64,000 nucleotides of DNA from Terriglobia bacterium (GTDB lineage Bacteria > Acidobacteriota > Terriglobia > 20CM-2-55-15), in NCBI GenBank assembly GCA_965198225.1, contig CBDAOY010000004.1:32001-96000 (forward strand), written 5' to 3'. This document shows, piece after piece, positions 49,781-60,423 of this stretch. Below the pieces are notes generated by a model. It saw only the letters and a program-made list of their open reading frames with translations. It searched no databases and was not told where the DNA came from. The position numbers were made by a program, and so were the translations under genes. The first letter of the stretch is position 1. The number at the start of each line of letters is the position of its first letter.

Positions 49781-50575
49781 CACCTTGCGAAGTGGTGACC
49801 GCACTGATGGCGGCCAGGGACACGGTCAGGTGCGATCCGATGTAAGTGATATCGGCTGCCCACGCTTGATTCAACCGGTGACCGTCGTGTTCTTCAGTGT
49901 CGGGGTAGATGCGGAACCGGTGATTCTCACGGTCGTGTGGCGGAGGTCCGTCAGGTCCGACGCTTCAGGTTTTACCGCTTCATCACGCGCTCGAAGCCAC
50001 CATCGTGTTGACGATCTCGCCCTGGCGTTCCAGCTGTCCCGATACATAGCGGTATCCGCTCAGCCGAAATTCGGCCTGGATCCGTGATGCGATGCTCGGA
50101 GATCGGCGTCCAGTGCGCTTCCAGTTTGGGATCGGGCTACCGTGCCTGTTGATACGTGCTACGTCGCCGGACCGTCATTTCGCACCCTGACCGGGTATCG
50201 CGATCGCCAGCAAGGATCCCAGTCGATACGACGTTTCCGCTCAAGATCCGGTGCACCTGCAGTTTTCATTGATCCAGTGACTCGATCTGCATGTGCAGAT
50301 CCCCAACCTGCGCCTTCAGGCTGCCCCGGTCATTCTCGGCCTCCAACGTATGGCACTTCCCGGGTGGTCGAAGCTGGCTCGCAACAAATCCACCAGTGGA
50401 GGTCGCCTCGTCCACTGCGTCCGACACAACGCTGAATCGGCGGCGACATCTTTACATACTGCCGCGCTGCCAAGCACGCTCAGCGTCCATCGGGCCGGTT
50501 CCAATCTGGTCGACCAGGCGTCGCTTGTCGACTCCACTTCAACGGAACGTATCTTTCATTCCTCGCCAATCGGAC
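49780..50575 (-). pseudogene. Degraded IS3-family element (orfA/orfB remnants)
   Basis: LEAEND..LKAQVGDLHM (orfA-like); NHRFRIYP, NQAWAADITYI (orfB DDE start). Confidence 0.7.
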
Positions 50576-50922
50576 TCAGCCATTGGCCCTCGTGCTGAAA
50601 ACTCGGCGCTGCGTACCGGCGTCGTCCCGAAACCGCAGGAAAAGCTCCCACAACAACTCGCGCTCCCATCGATTCCCACAGCGGCGTCGGGCTGCAACAT
50701 GCTAATATTGGTTTCTTTCTCTGCTTTCCAGCCAGGACCGGCTGGTTAACCTCACCAATTCTCCAGGGCGGGAAGGCTGAACGAGATCGTCGCCAAGTGG
50801 CGGAGACGTCCATGTACACGCCGGCTCCGAGCGCCTGCGGGCTTAGTTCTAAGCCGCTTGTCGGAGGCTGAATGCACCGTATTCGGTGGGGTTGTCGTGT
50901 ACACCGCTATCCACTGTTGCGA

Positions 50923-52555
50923 CTCCCAAGGAACTGAATCATGAGTTCGCCGCCGGTATGAGCTGCAAACCGAGTCGTGCAGCCTGTTTACGGAGTCGAG
51001 CCTCTTGACGTTGCTGGTTGTTATGTTCGTGCTTGCGGAACACGCTTTCGTTGTAGGGTCTCGGGTGCGGAGAACGTGAAAGAGAATTCGAGCGATCTTG
51101 TGTGCGGTCGCAGTGACGGCTTGAGGTCGACCCGGACGGCGGGAGATTCGACGGTGGAACTCACCAAGATAGTTGTTAGCGTGATGCAATGAGCGGGCTC
51201 ACATCCTGAGTGCTTGAGAGAGATTGTTGCGGACTCGCCGGCTCTTGGTATAGAGGACCTTGCCCCCGGTGATGTGGCGCTCCGGGCATAGACCCAGCCA
51301 CGATGCAAAGGCCGAAGCATTGGGAAAGCGCGAAACGTCAGGTCCGATTTCACCTTAAGTCGAACGTCCGGGGTTCATTGTGATGGCGCTGGTACGGGGT
51401 CTTCTTGGTCCGTTCAGGTAGTGGTGCACCTTCCGAAGCCTTCGACTGGAGTTTCGCCATGTATCCTGCCGTCTCGTCGTCAACTTCCTGAATCAGGGTT
51501 TGGTAGTAGCGGAAATCGGCCAGGGACTGACGCAGTGTAAACACGTGCTCGGGTCGATAATCGCCCTCCAGAGATTTAGCGACGGTATCCTGGCTGCTGC
51601 GAACCATATGGTGACAGAGCTTGGCCAACTCGACCGGATCGCGCTGTCCTTCGAGAATCGAGTCCAGTATCCGAAGTCCGCTCCGCCTGTGATGTCACTC
51701 AAGACCCGATGCACTTGGAGGTTCATCTGGTCCAGTGCTTTCTGCATGTGCATGATGTGCTCCGACGCCCTCTGGATCAGGCTGGTCCGGTGTCGCCATA
51801 GGGACCGGATTGCACAGATCTGTCCGGGTGGACGGAAGCTTGCGCGCAGAAGTCCGACCGAGTGCAGATACTGGATCCACTGACAATCGGATACATCGCT
51901 CTTCCGTCCCGGGACGTTCTTGACGTACTGGGCGTTGACCATATACAGCTCGAAACCGCGTTCTTCCAGAATCTGGTAGATCGGAATCCAGTACGCGCTG
52001 GTCGACTCCATGGCTACGGTGCGAATCCCGCAACTTTCCAGCCAGTCGGCCAGCTTGTTTAGGTCTCTTGTAAATGTGGGAAAGCGACGAATAGGCTCAC
52101 TGTCGCGATCTGCCGGTACGGCAACAAAGATCTCGCTGGCTCCAATATCCATCCCTGCCGCATCGGGTTGCGACGCCGCCAATTGGGGGTCTCTCTTCTT
52201 CCGCTTCTTCGCCATGTCATCCTCCCGGTAATACCGGTCGGATGCCCGGAGCACGAGATAGAGGCAAACTCCCAAACGAGATCGCTGCCAGTGGCAAGCG
52301 TCATCAATGATCTGCACGCGACTCCAGACCCAGGCTTTACAACGGGCTTTGAACTCCAGCACCAATGTCGCCGCGGGCTGTAACTGTCATCCGACCGGTA
52401 CGGAACCATGTACACGCTCGACAGTTCCTTGGCAACCTGTCGGGCAGGTGCAAGCTGCTTGTTGGAGGCTTTACTTGCATGTGGATTGTTGCGGTATCCC
52501 GACTCGTCGTTAGATATTCGCGGGTCGAAAGGCTCAGCGTGGCAGGTTGATGCCC
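50923..52555 (-). mobile_element. IS110-family element, multiply frameshifted transposase (start 52215) with ~340-bp upstream non-coding end
   Basis: AAGMDIG, VAMESTSAYW, GRKSDVSDCQW (DEDD), ATAHKIARI; right end GTTCCTTGGGAG; boundaries approximate. Confidence 0.8.
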
Positions 52556-52711
52556 TATGGCACCAGTCCCGTTCCCTCAGTTCTTCAATCCAGTTTTCCT
52601 TGCTCTTAAAGCTAGCTTGATGGTGTAGCCTACGCGTAATGAAGACGATGCCGATCTTAATCGGGCAGTCGGTCTCCAACAAGAATTCGCATCAGCATAG
52701 GTGCCAGATGC

Positions 52712-52752
52712 AAAAAGGCCCACCCGGGATGTGCTCCCGGATGGGCCTTTTT
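52712..52752. terminator. Intrinsic terminator downstream of TonB receptor
   Basis: AAAAAGGCCCA-CCCGGGA..TCCCGG-A-TGGGCCTTTTT. Confidence 0.85.
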
Positions 52753-52800
52753 ATTGAACCTCTGAGAACCCTGTTGCCGACTCGCCATGGCCTCGTGCCC

Positions 52801-55800
52801 TCAGAAGATGTACTTTACCCCAAGCTGTACCTGGCGTGAAGGAAGAGCGTTCGATACTGTACCGAACAGGGGTGAATCAAACCGGGTGTTCGGTGAGGCG
52901 AAATTGGGGTGATTTGAGATGTTGAAGAACTCGAGGCGAAATTCAAGGCTCTGGGACTCTGTTACCTGCGCCACCTTCTGGAGGGACAAATCCAGGTTCT
53001 TATAGGATGGACCGACGAGAACACCGGTTCCCGCGTTTCCGAAGGTATACAATTCAGGCAGCGTGAACGCGGCCTTATTCCACCACCCTGCTCTTGGGTC
53101 GGGATTGGAACTCCGCGTGTCACCGATCACGTTCGGACGGTCGGCGCGCACAGTCGTATTGCTGAAGTCGGTTCGGACTGTGGGCGTGTAGGCTTGCCCG
53201 CTCCGCAGTTGCAGGACTCCCGAGATCTGCCATCCGCCGACGATGTGACGCGCCGGTCCCCCATCCGATCCGAATGGCAACTCGTAGAGGAAGCTCGAAA
53301 CCACGCGGTGACGGTTATCGACTTGCGCGGGCCCGCGACCCAGGCGATTGTTCCTGCTGTCAGGAGTCCCCTGATCGTGGATCGATTTACCCCAGGTGTA
53401 GGAGGTGTTGAACGTCAGCCCGTCCGAAAAACGTTTTTCGGCTCGAATCGACATGGAGTGGTAATTCATGTTGCCTGACGTTTGCAGCTGTCGAAGATTC
53501 CCGGTTTCCGGGAACGGTCGTCGTGCATTGACCTCGGACCGACTGCCCGGTCCCGGAGCGGGCTGATTCGCCTGACGGCGAATATTTTGCTTCGATGCTT
53601 TGTTTCCAAGGTAGCTGAGGTCGATGACGATGTTTTCGCCGAACTCTCGCTGAAGTCCGAAGCTGAACTGTTGAATGTAGGGAGTCCTGAAATTGACATC
53701 CTGCGAGTAATGCGTGATCCTTTCCGTGCCGAGGGAGGCCGGGAACGGATCGCGCATGGTGATATCCGGCGTGGTTGCGCTGGAATTGAACGCCTGTGCT
53801 ATCACCCATGGGGCTGAACGGCCCGCACCGGTCAGAAAAGATGCCCACGCCACCTGGTTGAAATAGACGCCATACCCTCCCCGCATAATCGTGCGGCCGT
53901 CGGATGTGAGGTCGTAAGCGAAGCCCACCCTTGGAGCAACCGTTTTAAAATCCGTGGGAGAGAGTCCACGGGGCACGCCATCGACACCCGCGAACTCAAT
54001 CTGGCCCGTTGCGACGTTGAAGTTCGAACGCTCATCATCTTTATCATACGGCTGCCCGTTGATCTCCCACCGGAGGCCAAGATTGAATGTCAGGCGTTCG
54101 GAGAATTGCCAGTCGTCCTGGACGAACAGATGCAGGACTTTTTGGCGGAGGTAGACCTGTGCATCGCCGCTATTCAGCAGAACTTGATTTGGGATACCGA
54201 GCAGGGCATCGCCCACACTATGCCCCGTATACCTCCCCGCGAAAGAAAAGTCTCCCCGAGGATTGCTGAGAGTATAGATGCGGCTGCGAATTTTTTTATA
54301 ATTCACACCGAATTTCAGGGCGTGATCTCCTTTGAGCCACGAAATCCCGTCGTAGACCTGTAACGTGTGGTCGACGCGGGGATTTGCATTGTGATCGCCG
54401 ATCTGAGAGAAGCCGCTCAGGCGGAACCGGGGATAGCCCAATTCGTCGAGTCTGCGTGATGTTCCCATAATCCCAAACAGCTCTTCGGTGTAGTCTGTTC
54501 CGATGTTCGGACTGGGGTACTGTTCGTTAAAAAAGTTATACCCGAGTCGAACTTCATTGATCAGGCGTGGGCTAAACACGTGGGTTTCGACCAATCCGCC
54601 GTTATTCGTGTGGATGCGGCTGAGGTACTTGTATCCTGGAAGATCACTTCCCCGGAACGTATTATCGGTCCGGAGAATATTGTGATTCCATCGGAAGAAC
54701 ATGCTGTCGCTCTCCGAGAACGAATGATCGATGCGAACCGACGGCTGATGCCATCTCCAATTGTCGATAGGACTCGACAGGAAATTCAGTTTCCCGGCCT
54801 GATTGGGGTCGGGAAACAACCTCGCGATCTCACGACCGGCGCGATCGAACCGGTCGGAAGGGATGATGTTTCCGGAAAATGGAGCATTGCCGTTGAAAGG
54901 GTCCCGGATGACGATCGGCTTCCCCCCGAAGATGTGGCCGGGCTCGAGCAACGCCGAGAAGTCTCCCCGCTTCATCTCCGGTGTCGGCACCTGAGTGGCG
55001 CGCGTGACGGACTCCTTGAGCCGCAAGACCTCGTCGGCGATGAAGAAAAACGTCCTGTCGCGGACGATGGGCCCACCGAATGAAAAGCCAAACTGGTGTC
55101 GAGTCAATGGCGGAATCGGTTCGTCCGGCTGATCAAAGTAATTCTTGGCGTCCATCCCAGCGTTTCGGTAGAACTCAAAGACAGTTCCGTGGAATTCGTT
55201 GGCTCCGGTCTTTGAAACGACATTCACTTGCGCGCCACCGCCACGGCCGTACTCGGCCGAGTAGGTACCGCTCAGGATCTTGTATTCATTGACGCTGTCC
55301 ATCGAGGGCTTGACTGCGGCCATGTTTATGGCGTTGTCATTGTTCTCGATGCCGTCGATCATGTAGTTGTTATACCGAGCCGGGAGGCCGGCCACACTGA
55401 ACATATCCCGCTGATCACGGCCATCGGCTCTCTCAGGCCTATTGGTGGTTGCTGTCGGTATCAAGAGGCCGATCCGACTGAACCGCCGGCCATTCAACGG
55501 AAGCTCGACGAGCTTCTGGCTGTCGATCACGGTGCCGACGGTTGCAGTGTCCGACTGTACGAGCGGTGCCGATTCCGTGACGGTCACTGTGTCGGTGATG
55601 TTTCCCACCTCGAGTGTGAAGGTCAGGTTCATCCGCTGCTCCACCTGGAGTTGCATACCAGTCTTGACCTGAGTTTGAAATCCCGGCAGTTCAGCGGTGA
55701 CTTCGTAGGTGCCCACGGGCAGCAGCGGAATCAGGAAGTTCCCCGTCTCGTTCGTCAGCGACGTGCGAGCCTGGTTGGTGTCCAGGTTTCTCACGGTCAT

Positions 55801-55932
55801 ATCCACCCCGGGTAATACAGCCCCGGTCGGGTCGAGGACCGAGCCCTGGATGGTTCCAGTAATGATCTGCGCCGCGACAAAAGGCGAAACAGCCAAAACC
55901 ATGAAAAAAAGATAAAGGATTCGTCGTTTCAT
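52801..55932 (-). CDS. Oar-like TonB-dependent receptor
   Basis: ELPLNGR, YSAEYGRGGG, NEFHG..EFYRN, FVQDDW, LEFFN..NHPNF, terminal KYIF; RBS AGGAGG. Confidence 0.92.
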   Translation of the reverse strand: MKRRILYLFFMVLAVSPFVAAQIITGTIQGSVLDPTGAVLPGVDMTVRNLDTNQARTSLTNETGNFLIPLLPVGTYEVTAELPGFQTQVKTGMQLQVEQRMNLTFTLEVGNITDTVTVTESAPLVQSDTATVGTVIDSQKLVELPLNGRRFSRIGLLIPTATTNRPERADGRDQRDMFSVAGLPARYNNYMIDGIENNDNAINMAAVKPSMDSVNEYKILSGTYSAEYGRGGGAQVNVVSKTGANEFHGTVFEFYRNAGMDAKNYFDQPDEPIPPLTRHQFGFSFGGPIVRDRTFFFIADEVLRLKESVTRATQVPTPEMKRGDFSALLEPGHIFGGKPIVIRDPFNGNAPFSGNIIPSDRFDRAGREIARLFPDPNQAGKLNFLSSPIDNWRWHQPSVRIDHSFSESDSMFFRWNHNILRTDNTFRGSDLPGYKYLSRIHTNNGGLVETHVFSPRLINEVRLGYNFFNEQYPSPNIGTDYTEELFGIMGTSRRLDELGYPRFRLSGFSQIGDHNANPRVDHTLQVYDGISWLKGDHALKFGVNYKKIRSRIYTLSNPRGDFSFAGRYTGHSVGDALLGIPNQVLLNSGDAQVYLRQKVLHLFVQDDWQFSERLTFNLGLRWEINGQPYDKDDERSNFNVATGQIEFAGVDGVPRGLSPTDFKTVAPRVGFAYDLTSDGRTIMRGGYGVYFNQVAWASFLTGAGRSAPWVIAQAFNSSATTPDITMRDPFPASLGTERITHYSQDVNFRTPYIQQFSFGLQREFGENIVIDLSYLGNKASKQNIRRQANQPAPGPGSRSEVNARRPFPETGNLRQLQTSGNMNYHSMSIRAEKRFSDGLTFNTSYTWGKSIHDQGTPDSRNNRLGRGPAQVDNRHRVVSSFLYELPFGSDGGPARHIVGGWQISGVLQLRSGQAYTPTVRTDFSNTTVRADRPNVIGDTRSSNPDPRAGWWNKAAFTLPELYTFGNAGTGVLVGPSYKNLDLSLQKVAQVTESQSLEFRLEFFNISNHPNFASPNTRFDSPLFGTVSNALPSRQVQLGVKYIF

Positions 55933-56565
55933 TTCCTCCTCCTTAGAGAGTAGAAATTAGATGCACAACGCATTCCCGCGGTTCTGGGGGCCCTATCTCT
56001 GTGCGTGGTTATAGCCGCCGACGTCAATTTGGCCCAGTGACAACCAGCGTTCGGATCGGGCTGCGAGGCGGAACGCCGGAAGAAAAAGTAGTAGTCAGAT
56101 GAATATTTGAAATGGATTATAGTGCGGGCACGGTCCGGGGGCAAGGAGTATCGAAGAAAAGACTCGGTCCACCGCCTCGACTCTAAACTGTTGATTTCAG
56201 GGGATGAATCGACGGACTCGGTTGTTCCGGCCATTTGCCGGTTTTGATGTCACGGCGCGGCTGCCCCTGTCCGGTCCGGTGTGCTCCAAAACTGGCAATG
56301 TGCGGGTTCGCGAGCCGCTTGAAATCTTCGGAGTTTAGGCGGACCGTGTCCGTGTGGGTTCCCGCATTGAATTCGATTTCCTTCGTCGGATTCGATCAAG
56401 CTCGTGTGCCCTTTCCGGATCGTTTCAGCCCAAGAATCAGGAATTCTAGCCCGGTCCCAAGAGCGGCCCTTAACGTGCGATTTTGCTCCGTTACTGTCGG
56501 AACCCCATGTAAGAATCCCCAATTCGATTTCCCAGGCAAGGAGGAACAATGGCACTAGTCGAACA

Positions 56566-56883
56566 ATGGCACTAGTAGGCAAGGCTTCTTTTATCGTTGG
56601 ACTGGTGATCGCTGCGGCCGGAGGCGTCGGCTTTGAACAGGCCTGGTTTGGCTGGGTACTCGCAGTGCTCGGTCTGATCGTTGGATTCTTGAATATCAGC
56701 GGCAAGGAGAGTCAGACCTTCCTCTTGGCGGCGATAGCGCTGATCGTAGCGGCAAACGCTGTCGGAGCGATCCCTTTCATCGGGGAGGTGGTGACCCGGG
56801 TCATCGCGAATCTCGTGCTCTTTCTGGGGGGCGCGGTCTTGGTCGTCGCGGTTAAGAGTCTGTTCGCGGTCGCGAGAGATTGA
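56566..56883 (+). CDS. Small multi-TM conserved hypothetical membrane protein
   Basis: LGLIVGFLNISGKESQTFLLAAIAL; start codon region duplicated. Confidence 0.7.
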   Translation: MALVGKASFIVGLVIAAAGGVGFEQAWFGWVLAVLGLIVGFLNISGKESQTFLLAAIALIVAANAVGAIPFIGEVVTRVIANLVLFLGGAVLVVAVKSLFAVARD

Positions 56884-57329
56884 AGCCGCCCTGGCGCAGG
56901 TGTCAGGGGTGCCGGACAGCCTTCTCGCGAAGGAAGTGTTCTCGCCCAGTCCCTTTGCAGTACCGCCATTTGAGCAGCGGTGTTCGGGTTGGCTTGATCT
57001 GACAGGTGTTCCGTAGCCTTTCAAGCCGGGACCCAACCCGGCGTTCGCAGCAAAATCAGTGCCATAGTGACCCGGGTCAAACTGCAGTCCTGGTGTTACA
57101 ACTGAGGTTGCATGCCGTCACGCCACGATTTTAGGTCCGCAACGGTCGCCGCAGAGGGCCCGTGCGAACAATGAGGATAGTTGAGTCCTCCATCGCCGAC
57201 TTCCGATACGCCTATCGACGGATTGTAAAAGCCCCCATGGCTTCTGCGGCCGCGGTTCTGACCTTAGCCTGTGGGATATCCGACCCAGCAGACTCATGAA
57301 GCGCGACACGCCCAGCCGCGCCGCTCCTC

Positions 57330-57777
57330 AGCCGCTTACATGCTCATGCATGCGCTGCGTCGTCTCGGGCTCAAGGGTACGGCTCTGGCCCACGCTCAGT
57401 GCCAGACCATCCGCCTGAAGCTTCTTAAGATCGGTGCTCGAATCCGCCTGACGGTCCGCAACGTCTGGATCTCGATGTCGGAGGCCTATCCTTATGCCGA
57501 GATCTTCGCTCTCATCCTACGGAATCTGCAGGCGCTTCCCCTTCGCTGCTGACGACACACTTGATGCATCGCTGGAAAAACCACTTCTTCCGGCGGCTTG
57601 GGCCGCGGTCTGCCTGAACACGTCAAGTCATGCCGTTTCGGCCCCAAAATAGTCGTCCGCTTGGCTATCGAAACCCACGACTTCCTCCGCATAACCCATC
57701 CCAGGCCCCAGAACTCGTCGGCAACCGATCCTTTTACTCGAAAACGGTCCTCATCCGAAAATGGTGAAACATGCGGG
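57330..57777 (+). mobile_element. IS1380-family 3' remnant with right end
   Basis: AYMLMHALRRLGL..AQCQTIRLKLLKIGA..YPY; end GGTGAAACATGCGGG followed by CTAG. Confidence 0.8.
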
Positions 57778-57911
57778 CTAGAGGTGTCTCGGGCTGAGGC
57801 AGGTCAGGGGGGCCGAGACTAGTCTGCCGGCCCCGCGCACGAGGCGCGAAGCCGGCTTCGCTGCAAGATCAGGAGCCCGTGAGCGCAAGGCGCGACGGGC
57901 TCCGGGCTACG

Positions 57912-59468
57912 TCAGTTGTCGTTCGTCGAGGCGATGAACTCACGCGCCTCGACGTAGCCCGGATCGTCGGCCGCGCCAATCCAGAAGTCGGCGAGCGTCG
58001 CGTAGCGCTCGCGGGCGGTGGCGCGATCCCCGACGGCTGCGGCAGCGCGGGCCGCGCCGAGCAGCGAACGCATCCGGTTCGTCATGCGGAGCAGCGAGGT
58101 CTCGAACTTCTCGAGCGCGTCGTCTTGGCGCCCGAGCTGCAGCAGGATCTCGCCGTACAGCTCGTACGGCGGCTTGACCGGGCTAGCCGCGCCGTTCGGC
58201 AGACGCAGCGTCTCGACGATGGCGATAGCCTCGTCCATCGAGGCGATCGCCGCCTCGGCGTCGCCTTCGGCCGCCTGAATCGAGGCGGTGACCTCCTTGT
58301 GGGCGATGCGATCTTGTGCGCCCCCGTTCTCGGGCCGCGCCGCCAGCGCCGCCTCGGCCTCGCGCGCCGTGGCCAGATCGCCGCTGCGGACCGCGCTCAG
58401 GCCCGTGGCCAACAGCTCGTGCATCGACGAGTCGTCCGTGATCGGCTCGACGCGCCACTGCTCGGTCTCCACCACGTAGCGGGCGTTGACCAAGGGCAGC
58501 GCGCTAACGGCTCGCGCCTGCCCGTCGCTGTCGGCGATGAGCCGTTCCAGCCTTTCGATCCAGACTCGGGCCTTGTCGTAGTCCCCGCGCTGCAGATCGC
58601 CGTACTGACCCCAGTCGAGCGAATGGACCGCGTCGCTGACGCTGTCGTCGGGCTCCCACAGAGCGATGGCCGCGTCGTGCGCCAACTGGTTGTGCTGCGA
58701 GACGAGGTCCCACATGCCGTGCTGGATGAAAATGTGCGTCGGCATGTGGCGCGCGTGCGAGACCGCCGGCGCTATCTCAGCGTAGCGGTGGGCCGCGTCG
58801 AGTGCCAGCGGGGCATGGATCGGATCGTCGAAGGCGTGAATGGTGTAGTGCACCGCTCCGGGATGGTCGCGGTTCTCGTTGAACACCTTCATCGCGATCG
58901 TGCCGGCCCGCACCTCAAGCCGCAACGACTGATCGCCGAGTGCACGGGATCCGGACAGCATCGAGAGCGCGTAGAACGTCGCCACCTCGTCGTCGTCGGG
59001 GTAGCGCTCGTAGAGCCGCTCCATCGCCTCCATGTAGCCGACCCGCCGCTCGTTGTAGGTTCCCTCGTCGCTCCACAGGACCTCGACCCCTTCGAGGAAG
59101 CCCCTCTCGCGATCGGTCGGTGCCTTGGCGGCCCGCGCCGACGGCGTCGGACCGAGCCGCGCGAGCACCGCGCGGGGATTCTCCTCGTCGAGGCCGGGCC
59201 CGCCGCCGAACAGCGGGTGGTTGTAGCTTAGCGTCTCGCCCCAGTACGCGAGAGCGAAGTCCGGCTCGATGGCCTGCGCGGCCTGGAACTGCTCGATGGC
59301 CTGCTTCCAGCCGAAGCTGTGCAGGATGGCGACGCCCCGCAGGAAATGGCGCTGCGCCTCCTCCGAACGCGCGGACGTCGGAAAGTCGAGCGACCCGACC
59401 TCGGCGAATTGCGCGGCGGCAGGCGCTGCGAGCAGGAGCGTGACGATCAGACAGATGGTAGCCTTCAT
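57912..59468 (-). CDS. Exported TPR-like helical repeat protein
   Basis: Signal peptide; FLRGVAILHSF, HPGAVHYTIHAFD, HARHMPTHIF conserved His motifs. Confidence 0.8.
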   Translation of the reverse strand: MKATICLIVTLLLAAPAAAQFAEVGSLDFPTSARSEEAQRHFLRGVAILHSFGWKQAIEQFQAAQAIEPDFALAYWGETLSYNHPLFGGGPGLDEENPRAVLARLGPTPSARAAKAPTDRERGFLEGVEVLWSDEGTYNERRVGYMEAMERLYERYPDDDEVATFYALSMLSGSRALGDQSLRLEVRAGTIAMKVFNENRDHPGAVHYTIHAFDDPIHAPLALDAAHRYAEIAPAVSHARHMPTHIFIQHGMWDLVSQHNQLAHDAAIALWEPDDSVSDAVHSLDWGQYGDLQRGDYDKARVWIERLERLIADSDGQARAVSALPLVNARYVVETEQWRVEPITDDSSMHELLATGLSAVRSGDLATAREAEAALAARPENGGAQDRIAHKEVTASIQAAEGDAEAAIASMDEAIAIVETLRLPNGAASPVKPPYELYGEILLQLGRQDDALEKFETSLLRMTNRMRSLLGAARAAAAVGDRATARERYATLADFWIGAADDPGYVEAREFIASTNDN

Positions 59469-59701
59469 GGGATCCCCCGTTCCCGAGCAGCCTAGCACAA
59501 TGCGGCGCGGTAAGCGCCTGAACGTACCCCGCGACGACGGCAGGAGGTCTCTGGCGAAGAAGTGCGTGATGGATGGACTCTCTCGTTTCACTACAGGGCA
59601 GTACTCGGAGAATCTACCCGTGGGGTGCATGCTCGGCTACGTCCTCGACGGCGATGTGAAGTACGTGGCTTTGACCAGGCTCCAAGTACTCGAAGAGGGT
59701 C

Positions 59702-59910
59702 GGGGTCCGAGTAGCAATGGAACGAAAACCTTGTCTTTTCGTACCGACCCGTGGGCAAGTAGAGATCCCTAATTCATCTCGCGGGTTTCTGAGGGCGCGG
59801 ATCTCACCGCGTTGCACCGCCTTGGTCCGGCCGAAGTAATCGCGCCCGTTCAGGGTGATGTGCTCGCGCACCAATGGGAAAGACGCGCGATGTCCTTGTC
59901 CCGGATCACG
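59702..59910 (-). mobile_element. Tn3-family transposase 3' remnant and terminal inverted repeat
   Basis: DIARLS.LVREHITLNGR.YF..GEIRALRNP; IR GGGGTCCGAGTAGCAATGGAACGAAA at 59702. Confidence 0.75.
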
Positions 59911-60138
59911 TGGCCCTCGGCGCGTCGCGGGTCGCGTTGGAGCGACGAGAGATAATTCGCTAGTATCTCTTGTGAATACACCTCGACTGCATGTCACGGA
60001 AGGGCGTTAGGGCGCGAAAAGCCGAACGAACCCTGAGGATTATCTCTCGTTGGACCCCCCGATGGCCTCCCCCACACTTCATCCGAAAACACTACAAGGC
60101 CCATCTCGCCGACTCAAGCCAGTTTCCTCTGGACTCCT

Positions 60139-60423
60139 GTGTCAAGTGAACACACGTCTCCTGTCTTGGTTCTTCGACTGTTGTTTTCAGCCGCACTGAT
60201 CTGAGCTTCGCCGTGAGTGGCGGATCGACTGCATCCGTATCTCCGGCCTCTGCGTTGGAACGGTCCTGTTCCGGGCCATGATGAATATTCGCGCGTGGGG
60301 AGCCATCCACTGACACGGCCTCTGGGGGCCACGGAAAGTGACGGCATTGCCCCAGGCCGGCCGACCGGTTCGCCATCACGCGGAAGTCCGTGCAGCCGGC
60401 TGAGATTCTGGGCCGCTATCGGG
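60139..60423 (-). ncRNA. Candidate seekRNA/bridge RNA region of IS1111-group element
   Basis: ~285-bp non-coding segment between transposase stop and right IR; position known for this group, structure not verified. Confidence 0.55.

Noticed and set aside
52557-52602. Further kinase C-terminal stub (ENWIEELRER..VP*) beside the IS110 left end
   Set aside because: Too short; could equally be the IS3 target sequence or chance
59550-59662. Fragment DGLSRFTTGQYSENLPVGCMLGYVLDG resembling proteins near restriction-modification loci
   Set aside because: Only ~35 codons; family cannot be assigned without a search
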